This document shows, piece after piece, positions 19,399 through 29,636 of a stretch of DNA of 64,000 nt. This DNA comes from an uncultured Armatimonadia bacterium (GTDB lineage Bacteria; Armatimonadota; Zipacnadia; CAVVLO01). The DNA lies in contig CAVVLO010000002.1 of assembly GCA_963749155.1 (NCBI GenBank), positions 1,120,001 to 1,184,000 of the forward strand, read 5' to 3'. Every line of letters begins with the position of its first letter. The first letter of the stretch is position 1. The translations under genes were made by a program, and so were the position numbers. The notes beneath the pieces were generated by a model, which ran no database searches, was not told where the DNA came from, and was given only the letters and a program-made list of their open reading frames with translations.

Positions 19399-20582
19399 AG
19401 GCTGCCCTCCTCAGGATGCCAGCCAATCCCTGCTCGCGGTTTGAAACGCCATAACCTGCGAGCTTCCTCAGGCCACAGCATCCCATCCACAAGCGCGAGA
19501 GAAAGCAATCTGAACCAGGTGCTGAAGGCATCACTAGTATTGAAAGGCACAGTTATACGCCGCCATTCGGTCTCGAGGGCAGGTGGGCGAGTAAACCAGC
19601 GTTTCTTGCGCGAGGCCCACTGGCGGAGAGAGACTTTCCCTGAGAGCGCTCGTAAAGCCTGAAAGATACAGGGCGGGGTAATCAGGCAGTAAGGGAAACC
19701 GCCATCTCTGCGTTGTAGTCTGAGCAGCGCCTTGCGCGCTTTGAGCAGAGCAGGTCGGGCTTCTGCAAGCAATTCGGGGCAGAGCAGCAGGCCTTTGGCG
19801 ATGACATCAATCGCATCTAGGTCTTCGCAGGAGCCTCCCCCGCCTCCAGGCGCGAAAAGACCATCCCACTGTTGCATAGCCAGAGTATTGCTCACCATTG
19901 CGGCGGCGGCAACAGGCAAGTGGCCGTGATACATGGTAATCGGCAGATGATGAAAGGTCGCAGCCATGCCATTGAACAGCGTGGCGCCATGTGGAGGACC
20001 CCAATAACCAGTGGTCCTGTCCTGATCCTCATCCAGCCAGGCAAGCAGGGCGTCCAATCCAGGTTGTGCCTGTAACTCACCTTGCTCTACTTGCCAGGTT
20101 AGCAGAAAGCCCACGAAGAGCACCAGGTTGCTCTGCAGCCAGGCGTTGCGCCAGTCAAGCCCTACTAGCCAGTTGCGGACGGCCTCGGGCGAGTGCCAGC
20201 GAGTCATATAAACGAGCGGGTGAGAGGGTTGGGCGCCCAGGGCAGCCAGGGCATCCACGCAGAACATGGTAGCCTGCAGCCGTATGTATTCGCCGCCATG
20301 GAAAGGAGCTTCTTCCTCGCGAAAACGCGGATCAACAAATAAACCCGTGTCAGCCTGCTGGAAGGTTTTCAGGAAAGTTACAGTGGCCTGGCACTCAGTC
20401 TCGGAGAGTGACTGGAGCTTTCCTAGCAACTCCAGAGCAAAGACGGTATAACAGGTCGCAAGATAATAAGGCTCTCCACCTGGCGCAAGAGACGAGGCGC
20501 CGTCTGGACGTCTTAGCTGACGCAAGAAATCTTGTGCGCGCTGCCTGATGGCGCGCGACTCATCAAGGTTGTCTGGGCTCAT
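19395..20582 (-). CDS. Prenyltransferase/squalene-cyclase repeat (alpha/alpha toroid) protein
   Basis: QW-like repeats FQQADTGLF, DQDRTTGYW, MQQWDGLF, LQRRDGGF. Confidence 0.6.
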   Translation of the reverse strand: MSPDNLDESRAIRQRAQDFLRQLRRPDGASSLAPGGEPYYLATCYTVFALELLGKLQSLSETECQATVTFLKTFQQADTGLFVDPRFREEEAPFHGGEYIRLQATMFCVDALAALGAQPSHPLVYMTRWHSPEAVRNWLVGLDWRNAWLQSNLVLFVGFLLTWQVEQGELQAQPGLDALLAWLDEDQDRTTGYWGPPHGATLFNGMAATFHHLPITMYHGHLPVAAAAMVSNTLAMQQWDGLFAPGGGGGSCEDLDAIDVIAKGLLLCPELLAEARPALLKARKALLRLQRRDGGFPYCLITPPCIFQALRALSGKVSLRQWASRKKRWFTRPPALETEWRRITVPFNTSDAFSTWFRLLSLALVDGMLWPEEARRLWRFKPRAGIGWHPEEGSL

Positions 20583-21879
20583 ATCGCGAAGCTAGTTCGC
20601 GGTAGAAGGCCTCATAACCTGCCAGGAGTGCTGTTTCCGTAAAATCAGCCCGGTTGCCTTTGGCAGCGCCCTGGCTCAATTGTGCAGCCAGTTCTGGGTC
20701 CTGGGCGAAGGCAAGCAAGGCTTCGGCTAGCGCGGCCGCATCGCCTGGAGGCACCAGCAAGCCGTTCTCCCTGTCCGTGACAGTCTCGGGAATCCCACCC
20801 CAGGCGGTGCCAATTACGGGCACGCCTAGCGCCAGCGCCTCCAGAGGCACCCTCCCATGAGGTTCTGGCCAGACTGAAGGGAATACGACAGCATCTGCCG
20901 CTCCAAGCAGTTGCAAGGTTTCAGGGTAAGACCGCTTGCCAACGGTCTGGACGCGCGCATCATCAGGAAGCAGAGGCTCAACCGTAGAGGTCACCTCGCC
21001 AACCAGCACGAAACGTGCCGTCGGCACCTGCTCAAGCACCCTGGGGATAGCTTTGAGCAGCACGTCGGCGCCCTTGCCAGCGCTTGCTTTGCCAGCATAA
21101 ACAAAGAGGGGACCTTCTTCCACGTCTAAAGAGGCGCGCACAGAGGCCCGGGTGGATTTGTCCAGGGGCGTCTGGGTCGGCGGGAAGTTGTAGAGCACCT
21201 GCCGTGACGGGCCAGGGGGCAGTGTTCCACTTGTCTCATAAAGCTGCTGGATTGCGTGACTGATGAAGATCAATCCGTCACATTTGTGCGACGCCCAAAG
21301 GGCAGCGGCGCGCGTTATATAGCGGAAAAGGAAGTCAGTAATAATATATCTGACAAGGGCCAGCCCTTTCAGGCGCTTGCCCCGAGACCGAACAAAATTG
21401 AGCGCGCAACCTGCCTGGCGACCAAAGCCACATGGAGAATTTGGCACATGGCCCCCTTCAAGACAATGCGCCGTCGTACAGAGCAAGCCGTAATCGCGCA
21501 CAGTGAAGGCCAAGGGGAACTCGTAGGCCAGCCGCAGAGCGCCACAGGCTGTCAGCGCGAGCTTGTCCTGAGCATGGACGACATCAGGGCGAAAAGCCAG
21601 CAGACTGCTACGCAGGTGGCTTACATAATAGGCGCGGAAGGGGGGCAGCACCTGAGCGCGCAGCCTGAAACGCTCGCTAGTTTGAAAGCGCGAGGGCAGG
21701 GGCAAGCAGAAGACAGTCAGGCCAGGCTGAGATTGGTAGCAGCCTTTGCCGTAACCAAAGGTGACAAGGCCGACTTCATGGCCGGCGCTTATAAGGCGCA
21801 GAGCCAGTTGTTCTGCGCTCTGCTCAGTGCCGCCCATCACATAAGGCGGGAAGAAAGTCGAGACCAAAAGCACTCTCAT
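20563..21879 (-). CDS. Glycosyltransferase family 4
   Basis: FPPYVMGGTE, PDVVHA, KGADVLL, PSVWPEPHGRVPLEALALG. Confidence 0.92.
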   Translation of the reverse strand: MRVLLVSTFFPPYVMGGTEQSAEQLALRLISAGHEVGLVTFGYGKGCYQSQPGLTVFCLPLPSRFQTSERFRLRAQVLPPFRAYYVSHLRSSLLAFRPDVVHAQDKLALTACGALRLAYEFPLAFTVRDYGLLCTTAHCLEGGHVPNSPCGFGRQAGCALNFVRSRGKRLKGLALVRYIITDFLFRYITRAAALWASHKCDGLIFISHAIQQLYETSGTLPPGPSRQVLYNFPPTQTPLDKSTRASVRASLDVEEGPLFVYAGKASAGKGADVLLKAIPRVLEQVPTARFVLVGEVTSTVEPLLPDDARVQTVGKRSYPETLQLLGAADAVVFPSVWPEPHGRVPLEALALGVPVIGTAWGGIPETVTDRENGLLVPPGDAAALAEALLAFAQDPELAAQLSQGAAKGNRADFTETALLAGYEAFYRELASRYEPRQP

Positions 21880-22643
21880 CAGGCACTCTTCTTCTTTTTA
21901 CGGGCGACGAGGCGCCAGCCTGTAGTCTCCTCGGAGAAACGCTGGGCAAACCGTTTGCGGAAGCCCCCCCAAGACAGGAACAGTCTGGGCCAGAGGGCAC
22001 TGAGGAGGCTAATCAGCCCATTGCCAGGCAGGTCGGCGGTGATAGTAACTGGTGCTGAAACAAGCTCAAGTCCTGCCTCGTCAAGCAGCTTCCTCACCTG
22101 GACAAGAGAATACTCACGTTTGTGATCCGGATCCTGATAAGCAAATAGCCCAAGCCTGCGCCGAGCAAGTTTCCAGTGAGTGTCGCGGTTCGGGAAGGTG
22201 ATAAAGAGCAGTCCCTCTGGTTTCAAGGCTCTGACCGCCTCAGCCAGCGCGAATCGATCATCCTTGAGATGTTCGATTGAGTCAAGCAGCAAGACCAGAT
22301 CATAGGTTTCGGCTGGCACTGGCCAAGGTTCTTCGGCATTGGCAACCTGGATTGTCAGGAAGTCCGCAAGCCCGGAAATCTTGGCAGCCCGGATAGTCTC
22401 TATCAGGCCCTGCGGATTATGATCAATAGCGACAACCCGAACTCCCCTGGTGGCAAGCGCCAGGCTGTGCACCCCCGATCCGGCGCCGATGTCGAGAGCA
22501 GACTGCCCGGATTTTACCCAGGGTAAAATCCATAAGTGGTCCAGGCTTGAAAACAAGTGCTTGGGATGCAGCGGTCTGTCGCTGAAGCCAGCGAGCTGGG
22601 TGAGGCGCAAAGTTGGTTTGGCCAGCGCGCCTTCAAGACTCAT
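21879..22643 (-). CDS. Class I SAM-dependent methyltransferase
   Basis: ALDIGAGSG, YDLVLLLDSIEHL, RALKPEG; ATG 22643, although the frame is open upstream into the GT2 C-terminus. Confidence 0.88.
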   Translation of the reverse strand: MSLEGALAKPTLRLTQLAGFSDRPLHPKHLFSSLDHLWILPWVKSGQSALDIGAGSGVHSLALATRGVRVVAIDHNPQGLIETIRAAKISGLADFLTIQVANAEEPWPVPAETYDLVLLLDSIEHLKDDRFALAEAVRALKPEGLLFITFPNRDTHWKLARRRLGLFAYQDPDHKREYSLVQVRKLLDEAGLELVSAPVTITADLPGNGLISLLSALWPRLFLSWGGFRKRFAQRFSEETTGWRLVARKKKKSA

Positions 22644-23508
22644 CACGGCTTCCACAAGCCAGCGGCGCGCCCCAAGCAACCTGCCGCCTGCTCTGGCAAG
22701 ACGTCTCTTGATAGCATACTTCCGCCATTCAGCCTGGCCTGTTCGATTGCAGTAATGGTAATCAAAAACTGCACCAGGCAGTGCATCGGCAGCCAGGACC
22801 CAGACCCGGTGGCGTAAAGCTGACGGCATCACTTTTTCAAGAGAATGAGCCCCGCGCAGATAACGGTCGAAAATCTCAACAGGCAATTCCAGATGGCTAT
22901 GCCTGGACGATGGCAGCAGGCTGCTGGACGGCTTTCCAGCCACGCGCGAGGAGTTGCTGTAGCCAGAGGAAATCTTCGCCCCCGCCGGCAGCTTCTTCAA
23001 AGGGGAGTTGCTGCCAGACGCTACGACGTATAGCGGCGTTGTCATTTCCAAAATAACCAGATTTGCGTGGAGGAATCGCCGAGGGGATTGCACCTGGTTG
23101 GCACTTGCCTGCCGCGCGCTTGTCGAAAGGATCGGCGTCCTCCCAGGGGACGTAAGCGCCACCAACTGCAGCGACTTGCTTATCAGTAAAGGGCTCAAGC
23201 AGGTTCTCCAGCCAGTAGTTGTCCACAGGGACGGCGTGGCCGGAGAGATTCACCAGAAACTGGCCTTTGGCCAGGCTGGCCCCGATGTTGAGAGCGCGCC
23301 CAAAAGTGAAGGCAGAGTGCGGCAGATGGACAATCCGGACTGGCCAGCGGCGAGCAATATCAAGGGTAGTGTCAGTAGAGCCAGAATCTACAAGGATCAC
23401 TTCGAAGGAGTTCTCCGACTGATTGAACAGCGCCTCGAGCACGAGAGGCAGACGCGCCTCTTCGTTGCGAGTGCGAATAATAATAGAAGCCCTGGGTACT
23501 GCTGCCAT
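22644..23508 (-). CDS. Glycosyltransferase family 2 (rhamnosyltransferase-like), frameshifted near 22907; 3' end uncertain
   Basis: SIIIRTRNEE, VDSGSTD, FTFGRALN, LSGHAVP, GED; the expected V.HSH motif resumes after a +1 shift. Confidence 0.85.
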
Positions 23509-23606
23509 AGACTGTTCCTCGCTAGAGTGAACTAATCGTAAGAGGGAAGCGGTTTCGTGTCAAATAGAGACGCCTTTACCATAAGGCTGGCAAAGGGCAC
23601 TTCACC

Positions 23607-23635
23607 TTGACGCGACAAGGGGTCATGGCTATAAT
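23607..23635 (+). promoter_or_regulatory. sigma70 promoter of secDF
   Basis: TTGACG, 17 bp, TATAAT. Confidence 0.75.
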
Positions 23636-23723
23636 CTGGTGGCCAAATAGCGCGACCGCGGCTTCGGGCTTCCGGAGCCGTTCGTTTTGTGTCGGCGCAT
23701 CAAGTAATAGGGGGAGCCAGCTT

Positions 23724-25643
23724 ATGGCGACCAAGACGCGCACCTGGACCATAATGGTCCTCGTCGTGATCGTATTGTCCTTATGGACTTTGTTCCAGCC
23801 AATCCGATGGGAGGGTGGCAAGGAGGCAATCTCCAACAGGCTCGAGTTCAAGACCGAGCAGCCACTCATAACGGATGAGTCAGCCGCGGGTCGCGAAACC
23901 CAGCAGGTAGAGCTTGCCAAGCAACTCACCGACCAGATCGGCAAGGCGAATATCATCATAGACCCCAAGGGCGTCGAAGTAGTGCCTCCGGACATTATCC
24001 GGGTGCCAACACTATCTACGACCCGCGAGCAGTTCAAGGCTGAGCATGATTCCATATATGCCGAACTGTCCAAGACCTATGCCAACCTGAAGGACCTCTC
24101 CTACAAGTATGAATCCAAAGAGGGGACGGTTGTCGCGAAGATTGGACCTCTGGCTATCTACAAGCCGAAGCTGCACGTGCGGCTTGGGCTGGACCTGCAG
24201 GGTGGTTCTCACGTATTGCTGCAGTGCATGCCCAAAGCAGAGTTCCAGATCCGCTCCAAGACGCCGATGGCTGAAGATGCTGAAGCCAAGAACACCCTGC
24301 GCGAGACAATCTTGCGCGCCCTCGAGATGAGTGGGGTCAAGGATGTCAAGGTCGAGGTGCCAGATTCTGACTTGCTGATCGTCAGTTCACAGCCCAAGAC
24401 CGAAGAGGACGCCCAGAGAGAGGAAGATCTGCTCAAGGCTACCTTCGAGACCAGGCTAGGCCAGGGAAACTTCGAGCTCGAGAAGCAGGTAGTAGTCCTT
24501 AATCCTGAGACTCTAAATATCGTGCGCAACATTATCGAGCAGCGCGTGAACAGCCTGGGACTTACCGAGCCTATCGTGCAGACGCAGGGAGTCGACCGGA
24601 TCATCGTTGAGATGCCTGGTATCGATAATCCTGACGAAGCCATCGCGCTTATCGGCAAGACGGCTTCACTGGAGTTCAGGGCTATACCCCTTGAATATAC
24701 TGCGTATCCTGACGAGCAGGGTGTTGTCACTTTCGAGCGTAATGGCGAGACCGTAGACAATGACACTGTCATCTCCCAGAGCAAGGTCATCATCACTGGC
24801 GCCGACCTGAAGAACACCAACCAGGTCGTTACAGGCCAGATGAGTCAGCCGGTTGTAAAGTTCGAGATCAAGGCCGAGAAATCTGGTGTATTCTCGAGCT
24901 TCACACAGAAAGCCGCTCGTGATGAGCAACTCCTGGCAATCGTCTTTGACGGGAAGGTTGTAAGCGCGCCCGTCGTAAAGGCTCAGATCGTCGGTAGCGG
25001 TGTCATCGAGGGAATGGAAAGCCTGACTGAAGCGCGCGACCTGGCGATGCTGCTGAACGCTGGCGCGCTGCCGGTGCCGGTTGAAGTCGCCGAGGTGCGC
25101 AGTGTAAGCGCAACGCTGGGCGCCGACTCGATCGCGGCCAGCCTGAAAGCGGGTCTCCTCGGGCTACTGCTGGTTGCTGTTTTCATGATGTTCTACTATC
25201 GGCTGCCTGGCATCATGGCGGTGCTGGCGCTTTCCATCTATTTGATTCTCAGCCTGGCGGTACTCGTAGCGCTGGGCGCGACGCTGACCCTGCCTGGTAT
25301 CGCTGGTTTCATTATGACGATAGGTATGGCCGTGGATGCGAACGTGCTTATATTCGAGCGACTTAAAGAAGAGCTACGCACGGACAAGAGCATCAGGATG
25401 GCGATCGAGGCAGCCTTCCACCGTGCGTGGACAGCAATCCTCGATGGGCATGTGACCACCTTCCTGGTTGGTCTGGTGTTGTATTCGCTGGCCACCGGCA
25501 CGGTAAAAGGTTTCGCTGTTACCTTGCTGGTAGGTATCGTCTGCAACCTGTTCAGCGCGATGATTGTGACCAAGTTGCTAATGAACCAGGCAATGAAGCT
25601 CCCGGCCGGCAAGAGCAAGGCCGCGTATGGTGTGACCGACTAA
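23724..25643 (+). CDS. secD: Protein translocase subunit SecD
   Basis: LGLDLQGG, RVNSLGLTEP, GALPVP, TLPGIAG..GMAVDANVLIFER. Confidence 0.97.
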   Translation: MATKTRTWTIMVLVVIVLSLWTLFQPIRWEGGKEAISNRLEFKTEQPLITDESAAGRETQQVELAKQLTDQIGKANIIIDPKGVEVVPPDIIRVPTLSTTREQFKAEHDSIYAELSKTYANLKDLSYKYESKEGTVVAKIGPLAIYKPKLHVRLGLDLQGGSHVLLQCMPKAEFQIRSKTPMAEDAEAKNTLRETILRALEMSGVKDVKVEVPDSDLLIVSSQPKTEEDAQREEDLLKATFETRLGQGNFELEKQVVVLNPETLNIVRNIIEQRVNSLGLTEPIVQTQGVDRIIVEMPGIDNPDEAIALIGKTASLEFRAIPLEYTAYPDEQGVVTFERNGETVDNDTVISQSKVIITGADLKNTNQVVTGQMSQPVVKFEIKAEKSGVFSSFTQKAARDEQLLAIVFDGKVVSAPVVKAQIVGSGVIEGMESLTEARDLAMLLNAGALPVPVEVAEVRSVSATLGADSIAASLKAGLLGLLLVAVFMMFYYRLPGIMAVLALSIYLILSLAVLVALGATLTLPGIAGFIMTIGMAVDANVLIFERLKEELRTDKSIRMAIEAAFHRAWTAILDGHVTTFLVGLVLYSLATGTVKGFAVTLLVGIVCNLFSAMIVTKLLMNQAMKLPAGKSKAAYGVTD

Positions 25644-25656
25644 GGAGGGCACGACG

Positions 25657-26865
25657 TTGGATCTCTTCAGATACAAGCAGTGGAATATCGTCGGCAAACG
25701 AGGCCTGTTCTACCTGCTGTCGGTCCTTGTAACCGTGGTGGCGCTTGTCCTGGTATTTTCACATGGACTCCAGATATCGAAAGCGTTCAACCTGGGCATC
25801 GACTTTACGGGAGGCAGCCAGTATGTGGTGGGCTTCCCCCAGCAGATAGCAACAAATCGCGACGGGCAGATTCAAGTGATTAGCGAAGCCAGGCAGGCAC
25901 TGGAAGCGGCAGGCATCAAGTCGCTGGACGTACAGGTGCTTGGGAGTGATGCGCTGCAGATTCGCACGGACGGGCTGACTAACGAGGCAAAGCAGCAACA
26001 GGAAGACCAGTTGCTGACGCAGCTTTCAAGCTCTATGGGCAGCAAATATGGGCAGCCTTCCATCATCCAGAGCGAGCTTGTAGGGCCAGTCATCGGTAGC
26101 GAGCTGGCTAGAAAAGCTGTCTGGGCTCTGCTGATTGGTTTTGCGCTTCAGCTTGCCTATATTGGTATCCGGTATACGATGCCCGGCTCTAATGGATTGC
26201 GGTTCGGTCTGACAGCGGTTGTGGCGCTCATCCATGACGTGTTTCTGCTGCTCGGACTGGTAATCGTGCTGAAAATCCAGATCAACTCCTGGTTTGTGGC
26301 GTCACTGCTGACAGTGGTTGGTTACTCAATCAACGACAGCGTAATTATCTTCGACCGCATCCGCGAAAACCTGAAGAACAAGCGCCGCGAACCGTTTGAC
26401 CGGGTAGTAAACGCCAGCCTTCTGCAGACAATGGCGCGTTCGGTGAACACTGTGATGACAACCGAATTCGCGTTAGTGGCAATCTGGCTCTTCGGTGGAG
26501 AGTCACTGCAGCCCTTCGCGCTGACCCTGGCAGTCGGTATGTTGACTGGAACCTATTCGTCCATCTTCATCGCGAGCCCGCTGGTTGTTAGCTGGCGCCT
26601 CAAGGATGAAAAGAAACTGAACTTGCGCACACCAGATGGCAGGCCTATCTGTGTGTCGCTTGCAGCAAGTGAGGGTAAAGTGGTCGAGTCCTCGATGACC
26701 CTTGAATATGCGCCAGAGGAAGTTGTGGTTGCCTCGGAGGAAGAGGAGCAGGGAGAAGAGACCGCTGCCACTTCCAAGGTTCAGCCCGGCGCAGTAGCCA
26801 AAGAGCAGGCAGAGAAGAAAGACCTGACCGGGGCTCGCAAGCCAAAACGCGCGCGCCGTCGCTAG
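25657..26865 (+). CDS. secF: Protein translocase subunit SecF
   Basis: LGIDFTGG, VGPVIG, ALIHDV, GYSINDSVIIFDRIRE, GTYSSIFIA. Confidence 0.97.
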   Translation: MDLFRYKQWNIVGKRGLFYLLSVLVTVVALVLVFSHGLQISKAFNLGIDFTGGSQYVVGFPQQIATNRDGQIQVISEARQALEAAGIKSLDVQVLGSDALQIRTDGLTNEAKQQQEDQLLTQLSSSMGSKYGQPSIIQSELVGPVIGSELARKAVWALLIGFALQLAYIGIRYTMPGSNGLRFGLTAVVALIHDVFLLLGLVIVLKIQINSWFVASLLTVVGYSINDSVIIFDRIRENLKNKRREPFDRVVNASLLQTMARSVNTVMTTEFALVAIWLFGGESLQPFALTLAVGMLTGTYSSIFIASPLVVSWRLKDEKKLNLRTPDGRPICVSLAASEGKVVESSMTLEYAPEEVVVASEEEEQGEETAATSKVQPGAVAKEQAEKKDLTGARKPKRARRR

Positions 26866-26888
26866 TCTGATTTGCAACACCAAAAACG

Positions 26889-26923
26889 AGCCGGGCGTCC
26901 AATTGGACGTCCGGCTTTTATTT
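26889..26923 (+). terminator. Intrinsic terminator after secF
   Basis: AGCCGGGCGTCC-AATT-GGACGTCCGGCT, then TTTATTT; upstream A-run suggests bidirectional use. Confidence 0.8.
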
Positions 26924-26952
26924 GGTCCTCAGAATAAAAAGGAATCAGGGCT

Positions 26953-27354
26953 TCAGCAATAGGAGCTTGTTGATGAAGGTTGTTCTGTAAGAGTCTGGAT
27001 GGCTTTGAGCAGTTCGGCCAAAGAATATGGCTTAAGCATATACAGATCAGCGCCAGCGTCCCTGGCGCGCTGCATATCATCTTCGGTGCCTTTGACGGTA
27101 AGCATCATAACCTTCGTTGCGGGTAAATTGGCTTTAAGCTCCTGGCAAAGGGTGACGCCGTCCATTTCGGGCATCATAACGTCGAGAATAGCCACATCAG
27201 GATGCTCGAGCTCGGCCAGGTCATAGGCCTCTTTCCCATCTCGAGCAAGCAACACATCATATCCCGCCCTGGTAAGATTGAGCTTCATAAGCCAGCGAAC
27301 TTTGTCATCATCGTCCGCGACCAGCACTCTGGGACAGCCCGGCTCGTTGCTCAT
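26953..27354 (-). CDS. Single-domain response regulator (CheY-like)
   Basis: VLVADDD, ILDVMMPEMDG, MLT, KPY. Confidence 0.93.
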   Translation of the reverse strand: MSNEPGCPRVLVADDDDKVRWLMKLNLTRAGYDVLLARDGKEAYDLAELEHPDVAILDVMMPEMDGVTLCQELKANLPATKVMMLTVKGTEDDMQRARDAGADLYMLKPYSLAELLKAIQTLTEQPSSTSSYC

Positions 27355-27468
27355 CTTGCACCTCCCCGCGGAGTAGAATCCTCCACCTAGATAAATGGTA
27401 TCATTAAATTCCGAAATAAAGCCCCAATAATTCCAGAGCGTTGTTATCTACACGTAAGACAAGAATAT

Positions 27469-28506
27469 CTAATCGACTGCTTTTAGAACCAATTCGGCAA
27501 GTTCTCGTGCCGGCAGTTCTGGGCCGACATAATCGGCCAGTGCCAGTTCGATACGGGCGGTCACTTCGACGATGTCGGCGCGCAAGCCTTTGAGTGAGGC
27601 TTCAAGTCGATTCACTTGTTCCTCTGTAAGGAGGAAATCACCGGTGAAAACCACCTGATCTAGGATACCGCCGGACTTGCTTGCGTAAACACGAACTAAT
27701 CCACCTGGTAGCTTCGACTCGGACTGTCCCAAAGCCTTCTTCGGATGGCGCTGTTCGAAAACCCATTCCTGCGTGCCATATCGTGAATCAACCAAACCCT
27801 GGATAGCTTCACGTTCCCAGTCGCCGAAGCTAGTCTCTATCGGCGCCAAATCAAGGCCCTGGGCAAGCGCCGGGACTATCAGATCAGCCACTTCATCAAC
27901 AGTCAGCGCTTCTCCAACAACCTCGCGCAGGGTCGTGACGCGCTGAGAGGCGGATTCGAGCTGGCGACCTTCCAACTTGGCAAGAGGGATGTTGAGCACC
28001 TGGAGCATCAAATCCAGATCCAGGTCTACCAGAACGCTTGCATGAAAAAGGAAAACTCCCTCGTCATGGCTAGAGGAAGCAAGTCCCGCGATTTTCCTGC
28101 CCTCGACTTCCAGGTCATTTTTGGGACGAAAATGAGCTTCGATGCCAGCCTCGCGCAGGCCCGTCGCCAGTGCTTCCGCAAAACGCACGAAAAGCTGCCA
28201 GGCGGCGGCGGGAGAAGGCTCACACGGGACGGCAAGGGCGATACCAAGTTGGTCAGGGGTCATCAGGATAGCGCCCCCGCCGGTGGCGCGCCGATTCACA
28301 GCAACGCCAAGGCGCTCACAGACTTCCAGGTTGGCTTCTGCATAAGCATCCTGGAAATACCCCAGGATGACAGAAGGCTGAAAACTGTAAAGGTGGAGGC
28401 TCGGTGGGATGCGCCCCTCACTGAGCGCCCGGCTAAGATGCTCGTCAACTGCCAGCCCCCAAGGAGCGGGGGTCTCCCGCTCCCGGAGGACCCTTAGGAC
28501 ACCCAT
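27469..28506 (-). CDS. lplA: Lipoate-protein ligase A family (catalytic plus C-terminal domain)
   Basis: LAVDE, RRATGGGA, PKNDLEVEGRKIAG, C-terminal FTGDF. Confidence 0.88.
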   Translation of the reverse strand: MGVLRVLRERETPAPWGLAVDEHLSRALSEGRIPPSLHLYSFQPSVILGYFQDAYAEANLEVCERLGVAVNRRATGGGAILMTPDQLGIALAVPCEPSPAAAWQLFVRFAEALATGLREAGIEAHFRPKNDLEVEGRKIAGLASSSHDEGVFLFHASVLVDLDLDLMLQVLNIPLAKLEGRQLESASQRVTTLREVVGEALTVDEVADLIVPALAQGLDLAPIETSFGDWEREAIQGLVDSRYGTQEWVFEQRHPKKALGQSESKLPGGLVRVYASKSGGILDQVVFTGDFLLTEEQVNRLEASLKGLRADIVEVTARIELALADYVGPELPARELAELVLKAVD

Positions 28507-29613
28507 CTAGACCAGCCTTTGGAGGATTAGTGGTAGATCCTGGACAGTAATCTCGGACTCAATCGATTTGGCGCCATCGCGGAGGGTGACCATGCACTGG
28601 CCGCAGGAGGTAACGATGAGTTCAGCCCCTGCATCATCGGCTTCCTTGATGCGGTCCGCAGCGATTTTTTGAGCCAGATCGGGATTGCTCGCAGCAAGTG
28701 GGCCACCACAGCAAGCGGCGTCTTCCCGGTTGCGAGGGAACTCTATCAGGTTGATGCCGGGGATAGCCTTCAGTATCTCCCGCGGGGCGTCATATATACC
28801 CATATGCCGCCCGAGATCGCAGCCGTCGTGATAGGCGACGACCTTGTCCAGCGACTTGCTGAAGGTCAGTGTGCCATCGGCGACAAGCTGAGCGAGCAGC
28901 TCGGTTACATGCACGAACTCAAACTCGTCGGTAGGATAATGATGGCGGAAAGCACCCACACAGCCAGGGCAAGTCGAGAAGACTCGCTTGACTCCCAGCT
29001 CTCGCCACTTGGCGATATTAGCCTCACGTAGCGCTTCGAAACCTTTACGGTCGCCAGCACGCCACAAGGGGTCTCCACAGCAGGTCTCTTCACTACCGGC
29101 CGCAGTGTAGTCAAAGCCAATCTTGTCAAGAATGCGGAAGAGCGACTTGGCAATCTTGTTGGAGCTATAGGACACATTGCAACCTGCGAAATAGAGGTTC
29201 TCGCTGGGCTTGCCCACCATATCGGCATCCAGCCAGGAGCCTCGCTCGTCGCGCGGCTGGCCGAAAGGATTGCCTTCTTCGTTGATACCCTTGCGAACTG
29301 CTTGCAGGCCTTCAGGCAACTCGGCGCCACTCTCGACCAGCTCTGCCCGAGCATTAGCAAGCACATCGGCGGTTTCGACTAGTGCTGGACAATGAGAGGT
29401 GCAGGCTCCACAGAAGGTGCAAGCAAAGATAGCATCGACGGCTTCCTGGGGCTCTATCTCGCCTTCTTGCAGAGCTTTGGCAAGCCGGATCTTTCCGCGC
29501 GCCACCTGGGACTCGCGACCAATCTGCTTGTATACGGGGCAGACAGCCTGACATTTGCTGCATTTCATACAGCGTACGATTTGTTCTTCAGATATGACCT
29601 TGTCCGTCATCAT
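28507..29613 (-). CDS. Fe-S protein with 2x[4Fe-4S] and two CCG domains (GlcF/HdrD-like)
   Basis: CMKCSKCQAVCP, CTFCGACTSHCP, ETCCG, TCPGC, YHDGC, ACCGG, SCGQC. Confidence 0.9.
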   Translation of the reverse strand: MMTDKVISEEQIVRCMKCSKCQAVCPVYKQIGRESQVARGKIRLAKALQEGEIEPQEAVDAIFACTFCGACTSHCPALVETADVLANARAELVESGAELPEGLQAVRKGINEEGNPFGQPRDERGSWLDADMVGKPSENLYFAGCNVSYSSNKIAKSLFRILDKIGFDYTAAGSEETCCGDPLWRAGDRKGFEALREANIAKWRELGVKRVFSTCPGCVGAFRHHYPTDEFEFVHVTELLAQLVADGTLTFSKSLDKVVAYHDGCDLGRHMGIYDAPREILKAIPGINLIEFPRNREDAACCGGPLAASNPDLAQKIAADRIKEADDAGAELIVTSCGQCMVTLRDGAKSIESEITVQDLPLILQRLV

Positions 29614-29636
29614 TCCACCTCAGCGGGCCGGTACAA

